Shown here piece after piece: positions 33,727 to 44,374 of a stretch of 64,000 bases of DNA. Under the pieces are notes generated by a model that was given only the letters and a program-made list of their open reading frames with translations, ran no database searches and was not told where the DNA came from. The stretch covers positions 1 through 64,000 of IMG/VR virus record IMGVR_UViG_3300029957_000006; one strand, given 5' to 3'. Source of the DNA: a virus. The stretch's first letter is position 1, and every line of letters begins with the position of its first letter. A program made the position numbers and the translations under genes.

Positions 33727-35028
33727 TTATGAGAAATTTTCGCTATGTGTGTAATCAGTTGAATCTGTTGGAGCAGCATCAAATCCACCAAGACTTGCAT
33801 TACCTTGAACTCCAAGATCAAGTGGTGTATCTACTTGTTGTATGGTTTGTTGATCATCATTGTTTAAAGCATCTCCAATCATTGCACCCATCATATTACC
33901 ACCCATCATGGTTCCCATAAGAGTTGAATTAGTTACATAACCCCAAATCAGTGATTCAATGAATGAATCATCACCATTTGGATACTGTTGTTGAAGTTGT
34001 GAACGTTTTTCATAATATGATGAATCCTTTACTCGTTCAGTTTTAACTTCACGATGATTAAAGTAATCTCTTACATAGGTATCATCCTTTGTTATATGTA
34101 AGCCATTTGAATCTCTTTCAGTTATAGTTTTAACTGTTGGTGTGAATTCTTGAACTCGTTTCAAATACTGACGTTTAGCTATGTCACCATGCCAAATATG
34201 ATACAAGTCACCTTTAGCATATCCAATTTTACCTTTTACTACATTATAAAATTGCTTGGACCAAGCATTGATCTCATCCAGATTTTCAGTAAATGATTTT
34301 TGAATGCAAGAATGATCAAAGTGACCAGCAGCTGCATGTGCAATGACATGATCAGCACCACCAACCAAAGCACGATCATACAATGGAACAGCATCTAAAA
34401 CTTCACGTCTTGCACCCCATGCAAATCCGACATGACCATGCTTATCATAATTGGAATTACATGAAAGAATACCATGAGTATCAGCATGATTTGCTGAGAA
34501 GCTTCTCCACATTTTTGGATGTCTTGTTTTTGGATCACTTACATATTCATATTCATGTGTTACATCAAAGTCTGGTTCCATTTGATCTTGATCCAAATGG
34601 ATACAGTATTCAAATGGTTGAACTATGTTGTTTGTCTGTAAGGATTTAACACTATCAACCAACCAATTCTTATTGGTAAAGATGACATCTGCATCAACCC
34701 AGAACACATATTTGTATTTAGGGTCCAATCGTTTAACAATAAGATTCAATAGGGTTTCTTTATGCCAGAGTAAATTTTCTGTTTTTATTGTCGTAATATG
34801 CGGATTCTCAGGCCAATTAGGTAATAATTGTGGTTGAGCACCATCAATCAAGCACTCAATAATCTCATGATTAAGATGCTTGATTGAATCATAAAACTTG
34901 TTGAATGCCTTTAAACGATAAGGATTGTTTTGCGGATTGAAGTAGCAAGAAATGATTATTGCTTCTGAATGCGTTTTGTATTTATTTCCGAATAGGAAAT
35001 TGTTTTTGAAAGCGTCTATAAGTGTCAT
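33727..35028 (-). CDS. GT-A-fold glycosyltransferase-like protein with low-complexity C-terminus
   Basis: WHKETLLN, WVDADV (DxD), GFAWGARR, GGADH, HIWHG. Confidence 0.65.
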   Translation of the reverse strand: MTLIDAFKNNFLFGNKYKTHSEAIIISCYFNPQNNPYRLKAFNKFYDSIKHLNHEIIECLIDGAQPQLLPNWPENPHITTIKTENLLWHKETLLNLIVKRLDPKYKYVFWVDADVIFTNKNWLVDSVKSLQTNNIVQPFEYCIHLDQDQMEPDFDVTHEYEYVSDPKTRHPKMWRSFSANHADTHGILSCNSNYDKHGHVGFAWGARREVLDAVPLYDRALVGGADHVIAHAAAGHFDHSCIQKSFTENLDEINAWSKQFYNVVKGKIGYAKGDLYHIWHGDIAKRQYLKRVQEFTPTVKTITERDSNGLHITKDDTYVRDYFNHREVKTERVKDSSYYEKRSQLQQQYPNGDDSFIESLIWGYVTNSTLMGTMMGGNMMGAMIGDALNNDDQQTIQQVDTPLDLGVQGNASLGGFDAAPTDSTDYTHSENFS

Positions 35029-35080
35029 TTGATTATTTTTTACAAAGGTACAACATTAATGTGATCCATACAAGATATTT

Positions 35081-35512
35081 TTAACTATATCCCATCATTT
35101 TTTCTGAAGCTTCAATTACTTTATCATCATACCATTGATTAAAAAGTTTATTCAAAGCTGATTTATGCTTCAATATTTCATCATTTTCCACAATATAATT
35201 AGCTAAAAAATTGGGATTTATTTTTCCATAAACAACATGATTTACACTCCAATTTGTTTGTCCAAGTTGTACACTACATTTAGATAAAAAATCACTAAAA
35301 TTAGCTGCAAAAACTTTAACTCCATTTGCAAACCAATCATCATAAACCTTATTTAAACATGGTAAATGTCCAAATATAATTCTAAGATTAACTTTTAATA
35401 AGTTAAAATCCAATTTTGAATTATAAATAACATCAATGATTATAATATCATCAGCTAATGTGACTTTATAATTTCTGTTTAAAAAGTTACTAACTAATAA
35501 TTCATCACTCAT
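35081..35512 (-). CDS. Paralog family protein
   Basis: LVSNFLNRNY...L..IF...Y..W pattern. Confidence 0.6.
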   Translation of the reverse strand: MSDELLVSNFLNRNYKVTLADDIIIIDVIYNSKLDFNLLKVNLRIIFGHLPCLNKVYDDWFANGVKVFAANFSDFLSKCSVQLGQTNWSVNHVVYGKINPNFLANYIVENDEILKHKSALNKLFNQWYDDKVIEASEKMMGYS

Positions 35513-35513
35513 C

Positions 35514-37130
35514 TTACTTTTTGTCTTTAGACCATGAATCCTTAAGTGTAACAGTCCGATTGAAAATCAATTTATTTGGACCTGATTCCTTATCAGCACA
35601 GAAATATCCCAAGCGAATAAATTGAAACTTATCACCAGCATTTGCATTAATCAAATCTGGTTCACCATAAGCTGTGTCGATTATCTTTAAACTATTTGGG
35701 TTAATATCTGCAAGTCCTTCTGGTTCTTCTACATTAAATAATCGATCATATAAATTTACTTGCACAGGAATTGCATGCTCAGCACTAACAAAATGAATAG
35801 TACCTTTTGCCTTAATACCACTTACATCATTTCCACTTTTACTATCAGGATAATATGTGCAATGAACTTCTGTTACATTTCCATTATCATCCTTCAAGAA
35901 GGATTCACATTTTACAATATAAGCACTTTTCAATCGTACATTTAATCCAACAGCAAGACGAAAAAAACCTTTGATTGGTTCTTCCATAAAGTCATCTCGT
36001 TCAATCCATAATTCTCGACCAAATGGAATATTTCGTTCTCCACTACCTTCCAATTCTGGATTATTTTCACTAGATAAATTTTCTGTTTTTCCTTCTTCGT
36101 AATTATCAATGATTAACTTCAAAGGATTAACAACAACCATTCTACGTGTAGCAGTTTTGTTTAATTCTTCACGAATACAAAATTCCAAAAGACTCACATC
36201 AATGATATTTTCTCTTCGAGCAACACCAACTAGATCACAGAATTTACGAATGCTATCTGATGTATATCCACGTCTCCTTAACCCACTGATTGTTGGCATA
36301 CGAGGATCATCCCATCCATTAACATGTTTATCATTAACCAATTCAAGTAGTTTACGCTTACTCATTATGGTATAGTTCATATTCAAACGAGCAAACTCAT
36401 ATTGAGTTGATGGATAGATTTCCAGCTTATCAATAAACCAATCATAAAGAGGTCTGTGTGGTTCAAACTCTAGTGTGCAAATTGAATGTGTAATTTTTTC
36501 AATTGAATCACTTTGTCCATGAGCAAAATCATACATTGGATAAATGCACCAACGATCACCTGTACGATAATGATTTATGTGTTTGATTCGATAAAGCAAT
36601 GGATCACGCATTAGCATATTTGGTGATGCCATATCAATTCTAGCTCGGAGAGTTTTTTCACCATCACCAAATTCTCTGTTTTTCATTCGAAAGAACAAGT
36701 CTAAATTTTCTGATATAGTACGATTTCTATATGGAGAATCAATACCAGCACTTGTAGGTGTTCCTTTCATTGCTGCTATTTCTTCAGCACTGGAATCATC
36801 AACATAAGCTAACCCATTAAAAATTAATTTTAATGCGTATCTAAATAAATGATCAAAATAATCACTAGTGTATGTTTCTTTGTTCCATTTAAATCCTAAC
36901 CAAGTAATATCTTCTTTGATACTATTTACATAGGTTAAATCTTCAGTCGTTGGATTTGTATCATCAAAACGAAGATTTGTTTTTCCACCAAATTTTTCAG
37001 CCAAGCCAAAATTAAGTACAATGCTTTTAGCATGTCCTATGTGTAGATAGCCATTTGGTTCTGGTGGAAATCTTGTGATTAATCCTTCACCTATATTTTC
37101 TTCTGTTATGATTTCTTCTAAAAAATTCAT
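35514..37130 (-). CDS. glnS: Glutaminyl-tRNA synthetase
   Basis: TRFPPEPNGYLHIGHAKS, MSKRK, FNRTVTLKD. Confidence 0.96.
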   Translation of the reverse strand: MNFLEEIITEENIGEGLITRFPPEPNGYLHIGHAKSIVLNFGLAEKFGGKTNLRFDDTNPTTEDLTYVNSIKEDITWLGFKWNKETYTSDYFDHLFRYALKLIFNGLAYVDDSSAEEIAAMKGTPTSAGIDSPYRNRTISENLDLFFRMKNREFGDGEKTLRARIDMASPNMLMRDPLLYRIKHINHYRTGDRWCIYPMYDFAHGQSDSIEKITHSICTLEFEPHRPLYDWFIDKLEIYPSTQYEFARLNMNYTIMSKRKLLELVNDKHVNGWDDPRMPTISGLRRRGYTSDSIRKFCDLVGVARRENIIDVSLLEFCIREELNKTATRRMVVVNPLKLIIDNYEEGKTENLSSENNPELEGSGERNIPFGRELWIERDDFMEEPIKGFFRLAVGLNVRLKSAYIVKCESFLKDDNGNVTEVHCTYYPDSKSGNDVSGIKAKGTIHFVSAEHAIPVQVNLYDRLFNVEEPEGLADINPNSLKIIDTAYGEPDLINANAGDKFQFIRLGYFCADKESGPNKLIFNRTVTLKDSWSKDKK

Positions 37131-37135
37131 AAATA

Positions 37136-37594
37136 TTATTTTAAGTCACAGTTAATTAATGTTTGTTCGTGAAATTCTTCTGGTGTGTATTTCACATAAC
37201 CTTCTGATTGATATAACCACATATATTTAAGTCCAGCAGCTAGAATAAGCTTAGAACACTGCCAACAACTAGGTTTCTCACTTGTAACCGCTTTCCCATC
37301 AACAACCTTTACATGAAGCATTTCACATTCACCAATACCTCCAGCTGCTTCTATAATAAAAGGAACCATTGGTAATTTCATCAGAGCTGATTGTTCAGCA
37401 TGTACAGCAGTTTTAGCACAATTAGCTCTACATTTTTCACTACCATCACAAACATGTGGTAATGGTGGTGCATTCCAACCATAACTAACCAATCCTACTT
37501 TACGATTCCAAATAACTACACCACGCTGGCTTTTACATTTAGAGTTATTGGCTGAATCAACTGCCATTTTTAATGCCCATTGTTCATCAAACAT
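37136..37594 (-). CDS. Zn-dependent cytidine/dCMP deaminase family
   Basis: HAEQ and PSCWQC. Confidence 0.75.
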   Translation of the reverse strand: MFDEQWALKMAVDSANNSKCKSQRGVVIWNRKVGLVSYGWNAPPLPHVCDGSEKCRANCAKTAVHAEQSALMKLPMVPFIIEAAGGIGECEMLHVKVVDGKAVTSEKPSCWQCSKLILAAGLKYMWLYQSEGYVKYTPEEFHEQTLINCDLK

Positions 37595-37596
37595 AA

Positions 37597-39543
37597 TTAT
37601 AGTCTTATAAGTGTTAAATTAATATTCTTTCTTTCAACATCAACTGATTTAACTACGATCATTACTTCATCACCAAGTCTAATACGTTCACCTGTATTAA
37701 TTCCTTTCACACAATAGTTACTTGTATCAGCTGTGAAGGTATCACCACCAATTTCTGATAATCTCACAAGCCCTTCGCATTTGTTTTCTAGGATTTCAAC
37801 AAAGACACCATAATCAGCTACTGATGTAATGATTCCTTTGTAAACTTTTCCTACACGTTCTGACATGTAAATACACTGCATGTATTTGATTGATTCACGT
37901 TCAGCTTTTTGTGCTTTCTTTTCTCTTTCAGACAAGTATAAACATCTTCCTTCAAGTCGTTCCAATTTAGGTGTTGGTTTATTATCAAGATATCTTCCTA
38001 ATAATCTATGAACCATTACATCTGGATAACGTCTGATAGGACTTGTGAAGTGTGTGTAGTCTTTAAATCCAAGACCATAATGACCAATATTTGCTGTTCG
38101 ATAATCAGCTTTTTGCATTGTACGAACAACCAAGTTACTAATGATATCTTCTTCTGACGTTCCTTTAACATCAGTAAGAAGCTTATTAAGTGTAGTTGTA
38201 ATTTCAACTGGGTCTTGTGTTTTGATATCGTAACCAAATTGCTTAATGAAGTCTTTAAGGTTTTCCAATTTTTCTTCATTAGGTTTATCATGGGCACGAT
38301 TAACCATTGGCAATTTCTTGTCATTGATGAACTTTGCAACACGTCTATTTGCCAACAACATGTATTCTTCAATCAACTTGTTTGAATCTTTTCCAACCTT
38401 GAAAATAATTCCTGTTGGTTTATTGTTCTCATCCAATTTGAAACGAACTTCTTGTTTATCAAAAGAAATAGAACCCTTAGCTAATCGAGCTTTACGCATT
38501 CTCTTAGCTATTTGATCTAGGGTGATAATTGCATTTTTCAAATCAATTTCTTCTGCCAATGAAAAGAATGATTTTTTCACAAGTTCAGCTTCAATTATTT
38601 CTTGAGCTTCTTCATACGAATATCTATGATTTGAATTGATAACTGTTCTTCCAAACCATTCTTCAAGTACATGACCATTTTCATTAAGCTTAAATATTGC
38701 TGAGAAGCATAATTTATCTTCATGTGGTCTTAGACTACACAATCCATTTGAAAGTCGCTCTGGAAGCATAGGAACACATCTATCAACAAGATAAACGCTG
38801 GTTCCTCTCATGTATGCTTCTTTATCTAATGCAGTATCTGGACGCAAATAATGGCTTACATCGGCAATGTGAACACCAACAATATAAACTCGTTCCATTG
38901 TCTCACCATCAATAATGCTTTCAAACGATAACGCATCATCAAAGTCTTTTGCATCAACTGGATCAATGGTAAAGGTTAATACATCACGCATATCTCTACG
39001 CTTATCAATCTCTGATTGAGGGATGATATCTGAAATAGCTTCTGCTTCTGCAATCACATCACCATCAAAATCATAAGGAAGACCATATTCTTCTAGGATG
39101 CTATGTATTTCTGTTTCATGTTCACCAGCATCACCGATTACTCGAATGATCTCACCATTAGGATTTTTAGCATCATCTTTCCATTCAGTTAAACGAGCAA
39201 TAACCTTTTGTCCATCCTTAGCACCAAGTATCTTGGTGATTGGAATGAAGAAATCTATTGGTAATTTATTGCTATCTGGAACAAAGAAAGCATAACGTGG
39301 TGATACTTGTATCACACCAACAAATTCTGTCCTAAATCGTTCAAGTATTACTAATACTTCACCTTCAAGTGCTCGTCCATTACCTGGTATAACCTTGATC
39401 CTAACTGTATCTAAATGTAATGCTTTATTCGTATTGTTTTTGTGGATATAAATATCCTTTGGTAAATCATTACTTACCAAGTATGCTGAGCCACTAGCAT
39501 TCATTGCTATCTTCCCCTCTAAAATGTCTCCTATATTAATCAT
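37597..39543 (-). CDS. rnr: Ribonuclease R
   Basis: TIDP.DAKDFDDA, HFTSPIRRYPD, C-terminal S1. Confidence 0.95.
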   Translation of the reverse strand: MINIGDILEGKIAMNASGSAYLVSNDLPKDIYIHKNNTNKALHLDTVRIKVIPGNGRALEGEVLVILERFRTEFVGVIQVSPRYAFFVPDSNKLPIDFFIPITKILGAKDGQKVIARLTEWKDDAKNPNGEIIRVIGDAGEHETEIHSILEEYGLPYDFDGDVIAEAEAISDIIPQSEIDKRRDMRDVLTFTIDPVDAKDFDDALSFESIIDGETMERVYIVGVHIADVSHYLRPDTALDKEAYMRGTSVYLVDRCVPMLPERLSNGLCSLRPHEDKLCFSAIFKLNENGHVLEEWFGRTVINSNHRYSYEEAQEIIEAELVKKSFFSLAEEIDLKNAIITLDQIAKRMRKARLAKGSISFDKQEVRFKLDENNKPTGIIFKVGKDSNKLIEEYMLLANRRVAKFINDKKLPMVNRAHDKPNEEKLENLKDFIKQFGYDIKTQDPVEITTTLNKLLTDVKGTSEEDIISNLVVRTMQKADYRTANIGHYGLGFKDYTHFTSPIRRYPDVMVHRLLGRYLDNKPTPKLERLEGRCLYLSEREKKAQKAERESIKYMQCIYMSERVGKVYKGIITSVADYGVFVEILENKCEGLVRLSEIGGDTFTADTSNYCVKGINTGERIRLGDEVMIVVKSVDVERKNINLTLIRL

Positions 39544-39561
39544 ATTTTTGTTTTTATTTTA

Positions 39562-40527
39562 TTAAATTTCTTTCATTATAACGTAATCATCTCCATCTTC
39601 AAAATCATCTCCATCAATATTTTTCAATCCATTTGATTTACAGTATTCAGATACTGTTCCAATAATTGTAAACCCTTCTCTTTTGTAAAAAGATAATGGA
39701 GCACCACCTTTATCAACATAAGATAATATTTTACTACAACCAAAATCTTTAGCTTTTTCATATAAATGCATCATGATTTGCTTGCCAAATCCCATATTTC
39801 TTAATTCTGGTATTACACCAAGCCATCCAAGCCAAAGTTCATTTGTATCTTTAGCTTCATTCAGTGTATATAATCCACAAATACCAATTGGTTTATTACC
39901 TAATTTCACCAGCCATACTTCCCATAGTCTATCTGTTTTGCCATGAGTAGAAGGAATTACTTTACACCATACCAATGATGTTTGATAAAATACTAAATCG
40001 AAATCTTCAACTAAAGGTTTTAATATGGGACCAAACTCATAAATGTTTCGTGTTTGATTGAATGAGAGCTTATCATCAAGTATTAATTGCATGATAGTAA
40101 ATTCTTCATCTTCATAGATTAGATGTTTGACAATCTTCCAACCATATTTATCATGATATTTTGCAGCATCCAATGTATCCAGATAAATTATTTGATATCC
40201 TTTGGATAAGGCCCAATCAAATCTTAATTTTGACATTATTCTTCCATATCCATTACCACGATATTCTGGTTCTATCCATAATAATGTATTATATGGTGAA
40301 ATATCCATTCCATCTTCATCTCTTACTGTGTCAAATACCCCAGTACCAATTGGTTTATCACCATCTAATGCTATAAAACAAATAGAGTCTTTATCATGAA
40401 TCAACCATCTGTCAAATTCTGAATTTGCTTCTTCCAATGATATACCCCATCTTTTTAAAATGATAGATATAACATATCCTCGATAAAATTCAATTGCTTG
40501 TATTGTTTTGAAATTTGAATTGATCAT
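39562..40527 (-). CDS. Tandem GNAT acetyltransferase
   Basis: PEYRGNGYG and PELRNMGFG acetyl-CoA motifs. Confidence 0.85.
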   Translation of the reverse strand: MINSNFKTIQAIEFYRGYVISIILKRWGISLEEANSEFDRWLIHDKDSICFIALDGDKPIGTGVFDTVRDEDGMDISPYNTLLWIEPEYRGNGYGRIMSKLRFDWALSKGYQIIYLDTLDAAKYHDKYGWKIVKHLIYEDEEFTIMQLILDDKLSFNQTRNIYEFGPILKPLVEDFDLVFYQTSLVWCKVIPSTHGKTDRLWEVWLVKLGNKPIGICGLYTLNEAKDTNELWLGWLGVIPELRNMGFGKQIMMHLYEKAKDFGCSKILSYVDKGGAPLSFYKREGFTIIGTVSEYCKSNGLKNIDGDDFEDGDDYVIMKEI

Positions 40528-40912
40528 ATTAACACATATTTTCTATTTCATCTTCAAATAAGAAGACTTGTTCTTTGAACCACATAATATTTTTCCAATT
40601 ATTACCTCTATTAGTGGTAAAATTTTCAATTAATTTATAAACTCGTTGTCTTTGATAAAAACCAGAATTTGCAACTCCATCTGGATAGCCTAAAGCAATC
40701 TCTTCTTCTGTCCAAGACTCACTCATATTAGGTTCTTCTTGTTTAGTATTGAAGATATCTGGATGCCAATAATCCATATAACATGTTGCATAATCAATCT
40801 CACGAAGCATTCGATTATTCAAATCTTCAACGTTATCTGGTAAATGCTTATAGATTTCTGGATCATCTAGATCAACTTTTTCCCTACTAAAGCTTTCAGT
40901 GTGTTCTCTCAT

Positions 40913-41665
40913 TTATTTTAATGTATTTGGGTATTCCATTTTCAGTGCTTCTAATTTTGCAACTAGAATTTTTGCAATCCAAAAATCTCTATACCATTTA
41001 TTATCAGCTGGAACAACATTCCATTTTATCTTTGATTCATTGAAAATTCTCTCGTAGACTTTCATGTAATCATCCCAAAGCTTCGATTCAATCAAGTCAT
41101 TGGCATTATACTTCCATTTCTTCTCAAGTGATGTTGCACGTTCTTTAAATCTAGCTACTTGTTCCTTCTTGGAAATATGGAGATAAAATTTGATAACATG
41201 TGTATTGTTATCTTCAAGCATTTCTTCAAAATTATTGATATGTTTATAACGTTTTTCAATAACTTTCTCTGGGAAGGTTTTATGAACACTAGGATAAAGA
41301 ATATCTTCGTAATGTGATCTATTGAATATTTCAATATTACCCTTTGAAGGCATGAGATTATGAATACGCCATAAGTAATCTTTTGATGCTTCAAAATCAT
41401 TTGGAGCCTTGAATGAATGGACATTTACTGCCATTGGATATAACCCATGATAAAGCTTATCAACTGTACTATCTTTACCAGCTGCATCAACACCTTGTAA
41501 CACAATTAGAATTGAATGTTTAGATTCAGCTCTCATTGTTTTATGAAGTTGTTCCAGCTTGATGTAAAGCTTTGCTGTCTCAGCCTTAATAGTTTCTTTA
41601 TCAAGTGCTTTTGGTGCTTTTGTGGAAATCTTATTTAGCATTTTATAATTTTTTATACCCATCAT
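40913..41665 (-). CDS. ppk2: Polyphosphate kinase 2 family
   Basis: QG.DAAGKD, FKAP, FNRSHYED, KWK...D, VPADNKW. Confidence 0.92.
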   Translation of the reverse strand: MMGIKNYKMLNKISTKAPKALDKETIKAETAKLYIKLEQLHKTMRAESKHSILIVLQGVDAAGKDSTVDKLYHGLYPMAVNVHSFKAPNDFEASKDYLWRIHNLMPSKGNIEIFNRSHYEDILYPSVHKTFPEKVIEKRYKHINNFEEMLEDNNTHVIKFYLHISKKEQVARFKERATSLEKKWKYNANDLIESKLWDDYMKVYERIFNESKIKWNVVPADNKWYRDFWIAKILVAKLEALKMEYPNTLK

Positions 41666-42127
41666 TAAATAAATTGATAGCCAGTTCAGTTGTTAATTCA
41701 ATAGTAATCATTTTAATTTGGGATTCAAATTCTGGTACTGGTTCATATTCTTTTATTTCAATGTATGATTTATATATAAGTTTTAATTTAGGGTTAGCCT
41801 TATCTGTCATTACAAATAAATGAACAATAATATTATCTGGTTTTACATGGTTAGATTCATTTGGTGAATTCCCAAAAAGACCATTTAATTGATTATAAGA
41901 GTGAATGCTTGTTGATCCACTCATGAATGACATTTTATTATTATCTCTATCACCTTTGGATGCATTTACTACTTTATCCCAAACTTGTCCATCAAACAAT
42001 TCCATTGCAATCATCATAGCATCTAATTCAGTATAGCTTGCTAATTTGAAATAATCAAATGCTTCCCAAAAACAAGAGAATTTCCTACGTTCATGAATTG
42101 CTAATATCGTTTCGTTAACTTTTTTGG

Positions 42128-42643
42128 TCATACTAAAAAACTCTCCAATAAATTTTTGTAATTTTCTTCATCATTTTTTATCACACCAAATAAACGAGCA
42201 GCTATTGGTCTATAATTGTTTCGTTTATCCTCTTTAAATAATTCTTGGGTCCATATTGATGGAAATGTTTCTTTATTAAACCATAAATAAAGCAATGACG
42301 CATATCTATCAGCTATTATTTCTTCGCCAACGACATGCTCAAAAAAGGTTTCAAAATTTTCAGCTGATAATGCTTTGATTAAAGCTTCTTTACCCATCTT
42401 CTGTATGCGTTTATAATGGGCAATCTCGTGTAAAATAACATAGAATATTATACTATCATTATAGCGATTCAATTCCTCAGAATTAATGAATAGACCATAC
42501 ATTGTTGCAACACCAAGAGTATTGAATTTAATCTTTCTGTCTTTAAAATCAATCCCTGAAGCTTCCATAAATTCAAGTAACTTCTTGAAATTATGCCTTC
42601 CATTCTTTTTTGTCAATGCTATTTTCAAGGATTTATCAATCAT
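42128..42643 (-). CDS. Zincin-like (HExxH) protein
   Basis: ILHEIAH...E..AD; start moved to 42643, 4 nt after -7 box. Confidence 0.6.
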   Translation of the reverse strand: MIDKSLKIALTKKNGRHNFKKLLEFMEASGIDFKDRKIKFNTLGVATMYGLFINSEELNRYNDSIIFYVILHEIAHYKRIQKMGKEALIKALSAENFETFFEHVVGEEIIADRYASLLYLWFNKETFPSIWTQELFKEDKRNNYRPIAARLFGVIKNDEENYKNLLESFLV

Positions 42644-42704
42644 CATACAAAGGTACAAATAAAAAAGCAATTATCCAAATGTAATCCTTTGATGAAATTA
42701 AAGA

Positions 42705-42731
42705 ATAACCACGGTTATTTGCCGTGGTTAT
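42705..42731. terminator. 10-bp hairpin ATAACCACGG/CCGTGGTTAT
   Basis: Spans the stop of the HAD gene. Confidence 0.55.
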
Positions 42732-43260
42732 CACTTAGTACAAAATTGATTTTAAAATCAGTGAGTCTCCCACTTAGACATTTCTCTTTGCCCCAAGCTT
42801 CAAACACTGGGATATGTTCTAAACGATCATCCCACATTTCAACACTAGTAACTGATTGATGTTCGTCCAATAGCTTGTTAAGTGTTTTAACCTTAGCTAT
42901 TTCAGTTGCACCACCTTTGTTAAAATGATGACCATCAAAGGTCAAGCCTTTAATTTCAAGGATATCCCTAACATGATCAGCCAAGTGTTGTAGACGACCA
43001 GTCAACATAATAACACCTGTTTCAGGTAATGCTCGTTCTTTCTCGTAATCTGCAATGACAAGTGGATTGGATGGCATATCAAAGATTCTATGATCAAGTG
43101 ATTCCTCTCGACCCCACCAACCTTTATGTGGCCATTCTTTGCCAGTCTTTTTCTGAAAGTGCAGCTTTCCCGTCTCAGGCAATGGTGTATTAATAAGCGT
43201 TCCATCAAAGTCGAAGATGGCCAATTTAGTTATTTTTCTTGTATTTCCAAAGGTATCCAT
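42715..43260 (-). CDS. HAD phosphatase, Swiss-Army-knife RNA-repair-like
   Basis: FDFDGTL, WW..ESL, MLTGR, K, WDDR.EH. Confidence 0.8.
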   Translation of the reverse strand: MDTFGNTRKITKLAIFDFDGTLINTPLPETGKLHFQKKTGKEWPHKGWWGREESLDHRIFDMPSNPLVIADYEKERALPETGVIMLTGRLQHLADHVRDILEIKGLTFDGHHFNKGGATEIAKVKTLNKLLDEHQSVTSVEMWDDRLEHIPVFEAWGKEKCLSGRLTDFKINFVLSDNHGK

Positions 43261-43918
43261 AAGCTGTTTTTGATTTTTTTGTTAAATTCATACTAATATT
43301 TTTTCTAGAAAAACCTAATTCTTCCTCCACATCTTTAGCACTTTTCCATTCTTTAATTTGTTCACCATCTAAATTATATTGAATTATGGGTTTTTTAATA
43401 CTTTCAGCGTTATTACTAATCCAAATTTCATTTTTTATTATTTTTCTTCCTTTAGATTTTTCACAAGCTAATTTATGTGCTGATGTGCTACCTGTTTTTT
43501 TTCTAGTTTCTGAAATTAATTTTTTTGTTTCTTCAGTGTGTTTTTTATAAACCTTTGTTTTATTATAAGCTATTATTTTCTTACGATGTTCATCACTTAT
43601 TTTTCTACCAAATCCACCATCACCACCTAAAGTTAAATTAATACCATTTTCATTACTCCCATGAAATGAATTGAAAAATCCAATATAAAAAATTTCTAAC
43701 TCATTTAATTCGATTAATGTATTTTCGCCTTCATATATTATTTCAAATGTATGACCACTAAAACCATGCTTTGATAATGAATTAAATAAAAGTGGTTGTT
43801 TTTTACATTTTAATCGTCTATAATAATCAATCCTAAGAGTTAAGTTAGTTGTTTTTCCAATATAAATTCGACCAGTTGGTGATGTTATTTTGTAAATGTA
43901 TCCATATTTCTTTTCCAT
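43226..43918 (-). mobile_element. GIY-YIG homing endonuclease with NUMOD3/NUMOD1 repeats
   Basis: GYIYKITSPTGRIYIG, N.TLGGDG, H.EETKKLIS, KPIIQY.LDG...AYGYLW; start ATG 43918 after ATATTTAT. Confidence 0.88.
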
Positions 43919-43956
43919 AAACGAGTTTATTATAAATATCTCGTTTTTTATCAAAA

Positions 43957-44010
43957 TCAAAATAATGTGCCATCAAAATCAAATATCGCTAGTTTTGTAA
44001 AGGTTGTCAT
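43957..44010 (-). pseudogene. Orphaned 17-codon N-terminus of the HAD gene (MTTFTKLAIFDFDGTLF*)
   Basis: Hand translation; ATGA overlap with upstream gene stop; 12 aa identical to HAD at 43230-43195. Confidence 0.85.
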
Positions 44011-44374
44011 TTTATATGTAATTTTTTTAATATTCTTTGCATTAATGTTAATGGTGGTGGTTCCAATAAAGAACCATATATACGCTTTGTTGCACTTCCT
44101 ATGAGGATTTTAGTTATTGGACCATGAGCATTTATTGCATTCTTTAATGCACCATTAATCTTTGTTGTTGTTACTACTTTTATCTTTTTTAACTGTTCAA
44201 TGGTAGCTAAATTATCTTTCTCATATTCATCAACAAACATCAGTATTGCTTCAATATCAGTTGAACTAACCTTATTTTTTAAAGCTTGTTCCAGTTTATT
44301 TTGTAATTTGCCACGTCTTGTTTTAAATTTCATCTTTGACAAAGGTAGTGATTTATTTTCATTTTTCCAAATTT

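Noticed and set aside
43226-44010. Group I intron or ribosomal bypass in the HAD gene
   Set aside because: Only ~40 nt of non-coding sequence flank the nuclease, too little for an intron core; a ~750-nt hop is implausible; the duplicated N-terminus makes splicing unnecessary.
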